From NCBI GenBank assembly GCA_963665445.1, contig OY762276.1:3278601-3342600 (forward strand): a stretch of DNA of 64,000 nucleotides, written 5' to 3'. Below are positions 1-9,659 of the stretch, in pieces. The translations under genes and the position numbers were made by a program. How positions within the stretch are numbered: position 1 is the first letter of the stretch; each line of letters begins with the position of its first letter. The notes below the pieces were generated by a model. The model worked only from the letters and a program-made list of their open reading frames with translations, made no database searches and was not told where the DNA came from. This DNA is from an uncultured Desulfobulbus sp. (GTDB lineage Bacteria; Desulfobacterota; Desulfobulbia; Desulfobulbales; Desulfobulbaceae).

Positions 1-757
1 TGTCGGCAACACTGTGAGCCTTGGTCCCCAGGGGAAGAATTTCAGTGACGGTGTTCGAGACCAGATCGACCACGGCCAGACTGTTATTTTCCTGCAGGGT
101 CACATAGGCGGTTGCCCCGTCCGGGCTCACGGCGATGTACTCCGGCTCGAGGTCCTCGGCGGTGCTCTTGCCGGCAAAGATACGTACCCCCCCATTGCGG
201 AGAGCATCCTCCATGCCAACAAACGCCTCAAAGCCGGCGGTGGTCACGCTGTAGTCGGTGGCAACGATACTGATCGAGCCGACCGGATCGGTGGCATCCG
301 GTTCGCCCTCATTGGCCACCAGCAGCCGACCGTCCTGGGTAAACACGACCATGTCGGGATTGGCGCCGACTTCCACTTCACTGAGCCAATTACATCCCAG
401 ATCATAAAAAATGACCTTGCCGGGGTCGGTCTTATCCGCCGCACTCAGGGCAACCGCAACCCGGCCGTTTTGAATGGCGATGGAGTTGGCTTCCCCATAA
501 CTGCTCAAATCAATGGTCGCAACCCGAATGCCGTTGGTTGCATCGAGGATGTCGATGCCTTCGGTACCGACAACCCAGATGCGATTGTTGCTCTCATCGC
601 GAGCCAGGATCTCCGCTGTTTGCGAAGCAGACCCGTCTTTGGCATCATTGCTCGCGGTCCACTGGTGGCTCCAGGTCATATCAATGGCTGTCGCCTGGGC
701 AGCCACCGGGATCACACAGGCACAGGTCACGGCAAGTACTGCAAAACATTTCTTCAT
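1..757 (-). CDS. Secreted choice-of-anchor I family beta-propeller protein (alkaline phosphatase-associated type), 3' end beyond the window
   Basis: Not in the ORF track because it runs off the window edge. Hand translation from ATG 757: signal-like MKKCFAVLAVTCACVIPVAAQA, then VGANPDMVVFTQDGRLLVANEGEP and DLEPEYIAVSPDGATAYVTLQENNSLAVVDL, motifs typical of this family. Purine-rich RBS-like GGGAGAGAG upstream. Confidence 0.8.
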   Translation of the reverse strand, partial: MKKCFAVLAVTCACVIPVAAQATAIDMTWSHQWTASNDAKDGSASQTAEILARDESNNRIWVVGTEGIDILDATNGIRVATIDLSSYGEANSIAIQNGRVAVALSAADKTDPGKVIFYDLGCNWLSEVEVGANPDMVVFTQDGRLLVANEGEPDATDPVGSISIVATDYSVTTAGFEAFVGMEDALRNGGVRIFAGKSTAEDLEPEYIAVSPDGATAYVTLQENNSLAVVDLVSNTVTEILPLGTKAHSVAD

Positions 758-873
758 TGTCTCTCTCCCATGGTTCATTCAGACAACCCTTCCTTGGATT
801 TACAGGGAATGAAGACTACAGGAAGATTGTTAACCTCTCGTTAACACTTCATTACAAATTAATCTCCTCCGAT

Positions 874-1305
874 TTACGATGCGGGAATGTAGTGCCGGAT
901 TACCTCGTGCAGATACCGGGGGGAAAGTTGCGCGTCACGGACCGCCGCGTTGATCCTGCCCACATATTCGCCTTTGGGAAGCCCTTCAGTGGTAATCGGA
1001 TCGATATAGGTCAGTGCGTTCAACTCTTCGCGGTTGCTGAGCACCCGCACACTGACCTTGCGATAGTTCCCCAGATGCACCCCCTCAAATCCATCCAACC
1101 GCCGCTCATCCTCCGGGTCGAGCTGAAAGAGCAGCCCCTCGACCATAGCCTGGGAATCGGCAACGATGTTGGCGTAACCGCGGGTGGTGATGATCCAGCG
1201 GTACCCGCACAGCAGTCCCGGGCCTACAAGGGGACTCTTGGGACAGCGGTCGCGCATCTGCGCCAGGTGCATATTGGAACCGTAGGCAAAATAGAGGCGT
1301 TTCAT
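874..1305 (-). CDS. Gamma-glutamylcyclotransferase (GGCT/AIG2-like) family protein
   Basis: N-terminal YFAYGSNM, VEGLLFQL, LDGFEG..Y motifs. Overlaps the upstream radical SAM stop by 4 nt (ATGA). Confidence 0.9.
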   Translation of the reverse strand: MKRLYFAYGSNMHLAQMRDRCPKSPLVGPGLLCGYRWIITTRGYANIVADSQAMVEGLLFQLDPEDERRLDGFEGVHLGNYRKVSVRVLSNREELNALTYIDPITTEGLPKGEYVGRINAAVRDAQLSPRYLHEVIRHYIPAS

Positions 1306-2651
1306 TCCACTCGCTCCGCCACCCGGACGGCATTGGCGGCAAAGACGGGAGAGGCAAACGATGGCTTGCCGACGCTTTGTGCGCAGGCAAAGGATTGCAG
1401 CCGGGCAAAATCGGGAGCCTTGCGACCGTCATAGAGATCACAGGCGCGGGCGTAACTGAGGTCCTCCCGCCACAATCGAAAGAACTGCGGATCACGCCGA
1501 AGCTCGTCCACAAGTTGCCACGGCCTGGACAGACCGCGCAAAACTGGCCCAAACAACTCCGATGGATCGCGGAAGCACTCCCAATCGCAACGCCGACACA
1601 TCCCCTTGCAGTTGGCCTTCCGACGATTCTCATCAAGCTCCCACAAGCGCCCCATGGGCTCTGCACCCCGATATCCGCAGGGATAGGTCTGCCCATCGAC
1701 ACTGTCGACAAACAAATAATCGATCCCGCCGCGGCAGCCATATTCTGCCCCATCCCGACCGCTATGCTGCATGATCAGGCTCTGCAGCGAGGAGAGCGGG
1801 GTGACGATTCTGAGCTGCGCACGAAACTTGCGCACATTCTCGGTGAGCGCCTGATAGAGCAAGACTTTTTCTCGCTGGTCGAAGCGAACCAGCTGCTCGG
1901 CCGCGGTCGCCCCATAGACCGCTTGCAGCCCGGAATCGTCGGGCTCCACGCTCATCGGGTAACAGGCACTGGTCAGGGTGAAGCCCATATCGAGCAGAAG
2001 CGTGTACAGGCGTGCCAAACCATCACCAAACGTTTCTGCAAACTGCTCGCCATCGCCTCCATCGGCAAGCGGTTTGAGCTGCATGGTTTCATGGGTAAGG
2101 TTGCGGTTGAGCCCCACATTGGCCGAGGGGTAGAGGCCATGGGCATGGAAGATGGGCAGGGCCTTGGCGATGCCCTGGAGCACGCCGGGAAATCCGCGCA
2201 TGGTATCGTGCATTTCGGGTTCGGCGGAATCGACTGAAAACCAGAGGTTGCGCAGGGGGGTGGCGGACAACCGTTCGGCCAGGGCGTTGACCCGGTCGGA
2301 AAAACGGGGGTCCTGGTGATTGCGGAAAAGAAAACCGTTGGTGCCGGTGCGGATATACTGAAATCCAACCTTACCGGCATAGTCGATCAACTCGATCAGA
2401 TCATCCCGCAGCAACATCGGCTCACCGCCGGTAAACGAGACCATGCGCATGCCGCGCGCGGCTCCGGCATCGAGCAGCCGTCTGACATAATCATTGTCCA
2501 GCCGTGTGCGCGGAAACCGGTTCAACACCCGCATGCCGCATTGCGGACAACGGGCATTGCATCGATCGGTCAGCTGAATGATCAGTTGTCCCGGCGCCTG
2601 TCCTGCAAGCAGTCGCCCCATTGTTCCCAGCCTTTGCCTCATCCTGCCCAT
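1302..2651 (-). CDS. Radical SAM protein with C-terminal Cys-rich (SPASM/twitch-like) region
   Basis: CxxxCxxC (TDRCNARCPQC), FTGGEP, extra Cys in YGCRGG, YPCG and CKGMCRRCDWEC. Confidence 0.9.
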   Translation of the reverse strand: MGRMRQRLGTMGRLLAGQAPGQLIIQLTDRCNARCPQCGMRVLNRFPRTRLDNDYVRRLLDAGAARGMRMVSFTGGEPMLLRDDLIELIDYAGKVGFQYIRTGTNGFLFRNHQDPRFSDRVNALAERLSATPLRNLWFSVDSAEPEMHDTMRGFPGVLQGIAKALPIFHAHGLYPSANVGLNRNLTHETMQLKPLADGGDGEQFAETFGDGLARLYTLLLDMGFTLTSACYPMSVEPDDSGLQAVYGATAAEQLVRFDQREKVLLYQALTENVRKFRAQLRIVTPLSSLQSLIMQHSGRDGAEYGCRGGIDYLFVDSVDGQTYPCGYRGAEPMGRLWELDENRRKANCKGMCRRCDWECFRDPSELFGPVLRGLSRPWQLVDELRRDPQFFRLWREDLSYARACDLYDGRKAPDFARLQSFACAQSVGKPSFASPVFAANAVRVAERVE

Positions 2652-2811
2652 AGTTGCTCCTTGGTGATAAAGACAACCCGCGGGGATTTAACCACCACGG
2701 ATTCCGATAAAAAAAGTCCTTTGAGTTCATCCACTGTACGTAAGGGCAGTTTTTACCACATCAACAGAAACTCGACCGTTAGGCCTTGGTTACAGGTTTG
2801 TTGGCGCCGGG

Positions 2812-5800
2812 TTAGGGCTTGTTGCCAGCGCCTGCAGTGGCGCTCTGTTTCAACGCCGATGCAAGGGCTGCAGCCAGCTCGTCTTTTTTATAGGGTTTTG
2901 GCAGAAAGACCTGCGGGTACAGCGAACGGTCCTCGGCCATCACCTGGGCTTCGTCATAGCCGCTGGTCATGACAAAGGGAAGCGACGGCGCAATCTTCCG
3001 CACAGCCGTTAAAATTTCCCAGCCCCCCATGTTCGGCAAGGTCATGTCGCAGACCACCACCGAGATCCGGCCGACATTTTGTTGCAACAGCATCAGGCCC
3101 TCGGCACCGTCCTCTGCACTGAGATAGCCGAAATCGAGCCGACTCAGCATGGTTTCGGTCATGGTGCGGACCTGCTCCTCATCCTCGATCAGCAACACCG
3201 TCTGCTCGGTGCGCGTGGTGAGATCGGACACGATGTCGTCTTCTTTCGCAGTCAACTCCTGCTCGGCCTGGGGCAGATAGACCCGAAACACGCTGCCCTG
3301 CCTTGGGGTACTGGTCACGGTGATGCCACCGGCGTGCGAGCGCACAATACCCATCACCACCGGCAGGCCCAAACCTCTCCCGGTAAATTTCCTGGAGAAA
3401 AAGGGATCAAAGAGTTGCTCGATATCCTGCTCGGCGATACCTTCCCCGGAATCCTGGATCTCCAGACAGACATGATGTTCGCCAACGGGTTCCCAATCGA
3501 CGGGGAAACGATGCCGGCTGGCAATGGTGGCGGTCTCAACCGAACCGAGCGCAAGACGGATGGTTCCCGCCCGTTCGCCAATGGCCTCGGCTGCGTTGAC
3601 AAGGAGATTTTTCACCATCCGCTGCAGATGGCTGCTGTTGCCCCATACCAGGGGGCCATGCGGCGAAATGCGGTTTTCCAGCGCAATCTTTTCCTGCAGC
3701 AGCGATTGCAGCTGGGGGAGATTCTGCCGGCAGAGCTGGCCCAGGTCGAGCAGTTGATGCTGGCCTTCGGTCTGCCCGAGGTAGGTGAGCAGCAGGCTGC
3801 TGACCTCAACCGCCCGGTCTCCTGCCTGGGCGGCGGCCCTAAGATTGCGGACAACCGGCTCATCGGCGGGCAGATCCTCCAGCCCTATTTCAATGTTGCC
3901 CTGCACCACACTGAGCAGGTTATTGAAATGATGGGCAATGGCTCCGGCCATGCGGCTCAGGCTTTCCGCTTTCTGCAGTTGCAGCGCCTGGCGTTCCCAC
4001 TGACGCCGCTCCTCCTCGATGCGTTTCTGCTCACTGAGATCGGTATTGGTCCCGGCCAGGCGAATGGCCTTGCCGTTTTCATCCCGCAGAATATATCCCC
4101 GTATAAAAACAGGCACATAATGACCAACTTTGTGGCGCATGCGGACTTCAATCCCAAAAAAAGTCTTCTTGGCAATGGCCTCTTGGACAACGGCATCGGC
4201 CCGTTCAAGATCGTCGGGATGGAGCAGCCGTCGCCACAGATCCGGATCAACCTCCAGTTCCTCCGGGGCATAGCCCACCATCTTGAACCACCGGGACGAG
4301 TAATACAGGGTCTTGGCCAGCAGGTCCCAATCCCAGATGGCATCCTTGGTGGCCTGAAGGGCGAGATGGAGCCGCTCCTCGCTCTTCTGCAGCGCCTCGG
4401 CTTCCTGTTTTCGTTGGGTGATATCGATGACCAACCCCTGAATCGAGACCACCCCCTGCTCACGTGCAACCAGGGTGGGCTTGACCTCCACCCATAAGAC
4501 CCCGCCTCCATGTTTGGAGAGCATGATCTCCAGGGAAAACGGCACGATATGGTGGGTGATCGCCTCGTTGAAATGTCGTTCGAATCTTTCCAGATCCGTG
4601 GAGGCAATAAATTCAAAAATATGCCGCCCCAAGAGCTGGTCAGGTGAATCGGTCCCGAGCATTCGTGCCAGAGCCGCATTGGCATAGTTGACGGTCCCCT
4701 GGGTATCGCAGACAAAAAAACCGTCGTTGAGGCTGGTCACGAGGAAACGGTACAACGCTTCGCGTTCGCGCAGTTCGTCTTCCGCCTGCTTTCTCGCGGA
4801 AATATCATGGGCAAGGGTGAACATGACCCCGCGGCCATCCCACTGGTAGGGGCCACCGACAATTTCCACCGGGATGATCGAGCCGTCCTTTGTGCGCTGA
4901 TAGCGAAGCGGAATAAAAATCTCTCCCTGCTCTACCGCCCGCTCTACCGCCTCTCTGCTCTTTTCCGGTTCGTTTGAAACATCGAGAACGGTCATGCCCC
5001 CCAGCAACTCTTCACGGCTGTAGCCATACATGCGTAGGTAGGCCTGATTGACATCGAGAATGCGAAAGGTGATCTGATCGAAAATAGCCACTGCATAGAT
5101 TTGGTTCTCGAAAATGATGCGGTACTTTTCTTCACTGGCCTTGAGTGCATCCCGCGCCTGGTTCCGTTCGCTGACATCCCGGCAGACGCAAAAAACCAGC
5201 TTGTTGCCGCCGAACTGCGCGCCGTTGGTACTGATCTCCACATCGATGATGCGGCCATCCTTACGCCGATGGCGGGTTTGCAGTTGCGCCCCCTGGGGAT
5301 TGACCCGGTCAAGCAAGGTCTTGAGCTCCTCCCGACTCCACTGAACGTCCCAATCCCAGACAGAGAGGTTCTTGATCTCCTCGGGAGAGTAGCCAAGCGT
5401 CTCGGCAAAGCGGCGATTGGCCTCGTAGACCTTCCCCTGTTGGTCCAACACCACGATGCCGTCACTGGACTGGTCAACGAGAATGCGCCGCCGGGTAAGG
5501 TCCTCCTCACGTTCATCCGCCCATATTGCCCTCTCCCGCAGGTGACGGATGGTCACCCAGGAGACGGTGGAGGTCATCAGGAGCAGAACCCCAAGCAGCA
5601 GCGCTCCCCAGATGGCCTGGGTTCGCCAGGGAGCCAGGTACTCGCTCTCGACCAGGCCGACGGTAATGGTGAATGGCCAGCCCAGGACCCGGCGAAAGGC
5701 ATAGGTTCGGGCCACGGAATCAGGGGAGTTGTGGGTGTGAAAAGAGCCAACGGGGACACCTGCGTGGAGAAGCTGCAGGTATTCTTTCGACACCTTGGAA

Positions 5801-6483
5801 TTTCCCGGCTGGCCGATCGGACCATCAAGGGCAGGTGTGCGTGCGATCAAACCGGCGTCGACAGAACGTATCGCAGCGGTTCCCGTTGGCCCGAGATTAA
5901 GGCTTCCAAGAATACGGGAAAAGGTCTCAACCGGTACCGCGGCCGAGACGATACCGGCAAATCGGCCATCGGGATAATGATAGCAACGGGTAAAGGCAAT
6001 GACCCACACCCCGGAGACCTTCCCCTTGATCGGCTGGGTGACGATGCATTCATGGGGCTGCTGATGATGCATTTTGAAAAAAGGCCGATCGGCATAACTG
6101 GCACGCTTGCCCGCGACCACCCCTTTGCCCCAAAGTACATCCCCCTTCTCATCGGTAATGCGAATCGCGTCGATCTCCGGCAATTGCTCCTGTTCCCGAT
6201 GGAGCTGCTGCACCAGCCGCACCTTATCGATGCGCCCTTCCTGGAGCTGATCAGTGAGCTCCCGTTCCACGCGGACAACGGCGTCATCCACCAGACGGGC
6301 CTTGTCGGCGATACGCTGCTCGAGCAGTTGGACCAGGTTGTGGCCGGTAACGGACAATCCCTCAAGAAAATGGGAACGGCTCTGGAACAAAAAAAACGCC
6401 GCACCGGCAATGATCAGCAGATCTATGAAGGCTGTGCCCCAGAGAATGCTCTGTTCAAGACGTTTGGCAGAGTCGATATGCAT
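2812..6483 (-). CDS. Hybrid sensor histidine kinase: periplasmic Cache-like domain, four PAS domains, HisKA, HATPase, receiver
   Basis: Two TM segments flank a dCache-like region. Repeated PAS/PAC motifs, H-box AGAIAHHFNNLL, G-boxes DSGEGI and GRGLGL, C-terminal REC (LLIEDEE, VVVCDMTLP, LPKP). Start taken at ATG 6483; the track start 6567 is possible. Confidence 0.92.
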   Translation of the reverse strand: MHIDSAKRLEQSILWGTAFIDLLIIAGAAFFLFQSRSHFLEGLSVTGHNLVQLLEQRIADKARLVDDAVVRVERELTDQLQEGRIDKVRLVQQLHREQEQLPEIDAIRITDEKGDVLWGKGVVAGKRASYADRPFFKMHHQQPHECIVTQPIKGKVSGVWVIAFTRCYHYPDGRFAGIVSAAVPVETFSRILGSLNLGPTGTAAIRSVDAGLIARTPALDGPIGQPGNSKVSKEYLQLLHAGVPVGSFHTHNSPDSVARTYAFRRVLGWPFTITVGLVESEYLAPWRTQAIWGALLLGVLLLMTSTVSWVTIRHLRERAIWADEREEDLTRRRILVDQSSDGIVVLDQQGKVYEANRRFAETLGYSPEEIKNLSVWDWDVQWSREELKTLLDRVNPQGAQLQTRHRRKDGRIIDVEISTNGAQFGGNKLVFCVCRDVSERNQARDALKASEEKYRIIFENQIYAVAIFDQITFRILDVNQAYLRMYGYSREELLGGMTVLDVSNEPEKSREAVERAVEQGEIFIPLRYQRTKDGSIIPVEIVGGPYQWDGRGVMFTLAHDISARKQAEDELREREALYRFLVTSLNDGFFVCDTQGTVNYANAALARMLGTDSPDQLLGRHIFEFIASTDLERFERHFNEAITHHIVPFSLEIMLSKHGGGVLWVEVKPTLVAREQGVVSIQGLVIDITQRKQEAEALQKSEERLHLALQATKDAIWDWDLLAKTLYYSSRWFKMVGYAPEELEVDPDLWRRLLHPDDLERADAVVQEAIAKKTFFGIEVRMRHKVGHYVPVFIRGYILRDENGKAIRLAGTNTDLSEQKRIEEERRQWERQALQLQKAESLSRMAGAIAHHFNNLLSVVQGNIEIGLEDLPADEPVVRNLRAAAQAGDRAVEVSSLLLTYLGQTEGQHQLLDLGQLCRQNLPQLQSLLQEKIALENRISPHGPLVWGNSSHLQRMVKNLLVNAAEAIGERAGTIRLALGSVETATIASRHRFPVDWEPVGEHHVCLEIQDSGEGIAEQDIEQLFDPFFSRKFTGRGLGLPVVMGIVRSHAGGITVTSTPRQGSVFRVYLPQAEQELTAKEDDIVSDLTTRTEQTVLLIEDEEQVRTMTETMLSRLDFGYLSAEDGAEGLMLLQQNVGRISVVVCDMTLPNMGGWEILTAVRKIAPSLPFVMTSGYDEAQVMAEDRSLYPQVFLPKPYKKDELAAALASALKQSATAGAGNKP

Positions 6484-6779
6484 GGGAAAGGCTCCAAGGG
6501 CTGGAGCGAGGCTCAGCTGCCAGCGCAAGAGTACAGGGACAAGGGCTGCTGCAGAGTGCGAGCCCAACGGACTGTTACTGCCATTTATCCATTATTTTCG
6601 CCGCAATGCAAAGGGATTTGCATCTCTTCATCCAAGTGCTGCCGCAGCCGCACCTCCTCGAGCATGAAATCAACCGACTCGACAACTGAACCATCTTGGG
6701 GGTACACTCTATCCCCCCTCTGATTTCCAGACAGGTGAACCAGTCCATTTCCCCCTTGAGGAGGTCCCTACAAAAAACC

Positions 6780-7454
6780 ATGCGAATACGAGAACTCTTT
6801 GATCAATGCGCCACGGAGTATGACCAGGACCGCCGCAAACTCGTCCCCTTCTTCGATGACTTTTATGGAACTGTCTTGTCGATGATTCCCTTTGAGCGGA
6901 GTGCACCTCTCAATGTTCTTGACCTGGGCACTGGTACCGGACTGTTGACCGCCATGGTCGCCGGAACGTTTCCTGCAGCCCGATTCCATCTCACCGACAT
7001 TTCTCCGGCCATGCTGGCCCAGGCGCAACAACGCTTCACCCATACAGAGCGGATCACCTTTGCCCTGCAGGATCATCTTCATCTGGCTTTCGATTCAGCC
7101 TACGATCTGGTGATCTCCGCCCTGTCGATCCATCACCTGGAACACGAGGCAAAGAGGCAGCTTTTTGATAAGGTGTTCCAGGCCGTTCGCCCGGGTGGAA
7201 TGTTTATCAACGCGGATCAGGCCGCAGGGGCGACAGCCCAGGAGGAAGACGAGTACGAGCGCCGGTGGATCGAGGATGTGACCCGCAACGGTGTTTCAGC
7301 CCTTTCCCTGAAAAAGGCACAGGAAAGGATGAAGGAAGACAAGAATGCGACCCTGGCCGCCCAGATGCAATGGCTCTGTGAAGCCGGCTTTCAGCACGTC
7401 AAGTGTGGATACGAGCGCGCCCGCTTCGTTGTCTATGGAGGCTGCAGGCCCTGA
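6780..7454 (+). CDS. Class I SAM-dependent methyltransferase (CmoA-like/Methyltransf_25 type)
   Basis: Motif I VLDLGTGTG, TDISPAML, YDLVISALSIHHL, LRPGG-like VRPGGMFINAD. GAGGAGG upstream of ATG 6780. Confidence 0.85.
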   Translation: MRIRELFDQCATEYDQDRRKLVPFFDDFYGTVLSMIPFERSAPLNVLDLGTGTGLLTAMVAGTFPAARFHLTDISPAMLAQAQQRFTHTERITFALQDHLHLAFDSAYDLVISALSIHHLEHEAKRQLFDKVFQAVRPGGMFINADQAAGATAQEEDEYERRWIEDVTRNGVSALSLKKAQERMKEDKNATLAAQMQWLCEAGFQHVKCGYERARFVVYGGCRP

Positions 7455-7572
7455 ACGCAAGCGACAGTTGCACGGTGTGCGCCCTGTCGAGGACCTCTCC
7501 TTTCGGGAAACCGGCAAAGATGTCCGCGACTGGAAAGAAGAGCCGTTTGTGAACGCCGTCATCCGTCCGGGG

Positions 7573-7800
7573 TTGCGCCAAATAGGCCATTTGCTGTTTC
7601 TCCAGCCCTCCAAGGTCGATGGTTCCTTTCAGCGGACGCAGCAATCAAGTTATCCCTTGGACCAGGGTACTTTTCCCGGATCCGTTGGGTCCGACGATGG
7701 CGGTCATCGAGCCCCCAGGAAATCGGAAAGGTGGTGGACCGCGGGACGGAGGTCGTACCCGAAGGTCAGATTATTGAGGATGCTTGACGGCAGAGATCAC
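7573..7800 (-). pseudogene. Decayed metal (Zn/Mn/Co-type, AztA/ZnuC-like) ABC transporter ATP-binding gene
   Basis: Minus-strand pieces LNNLTFGYDLRPAVHHLS / frameshift / GSMTAIVGPNGSGKSTLVQGIT*LLRPLKGTIDLGGLEKQQMAYLAQ. Walker A at 7669-7692, in-frame TGA at 7645-7647, no recognisable signature motif or Walker B afterwards. Confidence 0.8.
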
Positions 7801-7817
7801 TCTGTCTCAATTACGGG

Positions 7818-7931
7818 TTACGGGCGGATGGCCCAAAACACCGCTATCCACAGGAGCGCGGAAACGCTTGCGCTCACCCCAAGCCGAATCCATACACTGC
7901 AGGAAAGGGAAGAAAATCGGTTCTTGTTCAT
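7818..7931 (-). CDS. 37-aa single-TM peptide upstream of the ABC ATPase relic
   Basis: MNKNRFSSLSCSVWIRLGVSASVSALLWIAVFWAIRP*. Hydrophobic helix resembling small ORFs I recall preceding aztA-type genes. No clear RBS. Confidence 0.5.
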   Translation of the reverse strand: MNKNRFSSLSCSVWIRLGVSASVSALLWIAVFWAIRP

Positions 7932-8073
7932 GATCGAAAGGATTGCTCGGCGACAATTCGTCGATGACAAGATGAAAATTTATCGAAACATTTCTTCATT
8001 AAACAGCAGCTAAATAAGTAGAGATTCGACCAGCATCCGTCAAAACAAGAAAATATTTATCGAATATATTTAT

Positions 8074-8093
8074 TGAAATAGATTACATTCTCA
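8074..8093. promoter_or_regulatory. Candidate Fur-family operator (imperfect AT-rich palindrome)
   Basis: TGAAATAGATTACATTCTCA in the AT-rich divergent region between the ABC relic and the Fur-family gene. Only half the positions are symmetric. Confidence 0.25.
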
Positions 8094-8146
8094 CCTAAAA
8101 AAGCATCTTGTCCCTACAATGTCCTTATCGAAAATATCATTCAACA

Positions 8147-8593
8147 ATGAACTCACCACAGAAACTTTCATCGGAGATGCTCAAGGCCCTGTTCAACGAC
8201 ATTGGCCTGAGATTCACCCCCCAACGCGAGACCGTCTGGCGACTCTTTGAAAATACCCCCAAAGGCTTGACCATTGCCATGGCGACCAACATTTTGGCCA
8301 GGGACAAAATCAGCCAGACCACTGTCTATCGAACCGTCAAGGCTTTCGAGGAGATGGGATTTTTACGTTGGTTTCACTCACAGGAAGGCGAGCATCGCTA
8401 TCTGGCCTCGCGGCCTGGGCATAGCCATATGCTCGTGTGCAGAATGTGCTCCAAGGCGGTTGAGTGCTCCGATTGCGACCTCTCGATTCTGGAGCAGCTC
8501 ATCGCCCGAAAAACCGGGTTCACGGTTGAGGGGCATTATCTTGAATTTTACGGACTCTGCCCGGACTGCGCCAATGCATCGATCGCCCGCTAA
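8147..8593 (+). CDS. Fur-family transcriptional regulator (Zur/Nur-like)
   Basis: RFTPQRETV, SQTTVYRTV, HSHMLVCRMC and FYGLCPDC: both CxxC pairs and the HxH motif. Confidence 0.92.
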   Translation: MNSPQKLSSEMLKALFNDIGLRFTPQRETVWRLFENTPKGLTIAMATNILARDKISQTTVYRTVKAFEEMGFLRWFHSQEGEHRYLASRPGHSHMLVCRMCSKAVECSDCDLSILEQLIARKTGFTVEGHYLEFYGLCPDCANASIAR

Positions 8594-9650
8594 GCCGATT
8601 CCACTCTATCAGCCGCAGAAAAAAGTGCAGGGGACCGGCCTACGGCTGGAACTGGCCTGGGTAGCCGGGCTGTTGTTCCTCAGCATGGCCCTTCTTGTGC
8701 TGCTCCTCGGCCAAAGCAAACCATACGCCGGACTGGTGGGCGACATAGCCATCAATTTTCTGGCCATGATGGTCGAAGCCCTGCCATTCATGCTGATCGG
8801 CTCGCTGGCGGGTGGCATCATCGAGGTCTTTGTTCCGATGGGCCTGGTGGAAAAGATTTTTCAGCGCCGCCTGCGGGCGATTTTCGCGGCAGCAGCCATG
8901 GGAATGATCTTCCCGGTCTGCGAATGTGCGGTTGTTCCGGTCATCCGCCGACTGCTCGGCAAGGGGGTGCCGTTCGGCGCGGCGGTGGCCTTTCTTCTCG
9001 GTGGCCCAATCGTCAATCCGCTGGTGGCGGCATCTACCGCCGTGGCGTACAACATGGACTGGCGCATGGTTGCCCTGCGCCTCGGCTGTGGCTACGCCAT
9101 CGCCGCTATGGCGGGTATGCTCCTCTCGCTCCGGTTTACCAATGAGAATGCACTGATACCTCAGCTGCGTCCTCTCTCTGCCGCCTGCTGCGGACACGAG
9201 CATTGCAGCGCAGACAGGCACACAACCAGCCTGGGCGCAAAAATCTTCCACGCCACGGGCCATGCTGCCGATGATTTCTTCAGCGTGGGCTATTACCTGG
9301 TTATCGGCACCTTTATCGCCGCCTTTGTCCGTAGCGTGGTTCCCCTGGAAATTTTCAACCACTTCCTGTGCTCACCCTGGCAGGCGATTCTGGTCATGAT
9401 GGTAATGGCCATTCTGCTCAATCTCTGCAGCGAAGCCGACGCATTCATCGCGGCCAGCTTTCGCGACCTGCTGCCCGGAAGCGCCCAATTGGCGTTCATG
9501 GTTCTGGGGCCGATGTTTGACATCAAACTCTTCCTGATGTACTTCGGCCTCTTTAGCAAAAAGGTCATTGCCGCCCTGATCGCAACCGTGCTTTTTGCGA
9601 TTTTTTTCACCATGCTGGCCCTGCACCTCTTTTTTCCCCAACTGTTTTAA
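8574..9650 (+). CDS. DUF318/ArsP_1 permease (YcgR-like)
   Basis: EALPFMLIG, FPVCECAVVP, FLLGGPIVNP, LCSEADAF, LGPMFDIK motifs and a Cys/His-rich loop ACCGHEHCSADRH. Start uncertain (track start 8274 lies inside fur). Confidence 0.85.
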   Translation: MHRSPAKPIPLYQPQKKVQGTGLRLELAWVAGLLFLSMALLVLLLGQSKPYAGLVGDIAINFLAMMVEALPFMLIGSLAGGIIEVFVPMGLVEKIFQRRLRAIFAAAAMGMIFPVCECAVVPVIRRLLGKGVPFGAAVAFLLGGPIVNPLVAASTAVAYNMDWRMVALRLGCGYAIAAMAGMLLSLRFTNENALIPQLRPLSAACCGHEHCSADRHTTSLGAKIFHATGHAADDFFSVGYYLVIGTFIAAFVRSVVPLEIFNHFLCSPWQAILVMMVMAILLNLCSEADAFIAASFRDLLPGSAQLAFMVLGPMFDIKLFLMYFGLFSKKVIAALIATVLFAIFFTMLALHLFFPQLF

Positions 9651-9659
9651 GAGCGTTCC

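Noticed and set aside
14-844. 276-aa plus-strand ORF and many other long antisense or alternate-frame ORFs (e.g. 1377-2237, 3079-4497, 5101-6723, 13121-14272, 18146-19783, 19626-20822, 50620-51681)
   Set aside because: Shadow ORFs of motif-supported genes in GC-rich DNA, with no motifs or RBS of their own.
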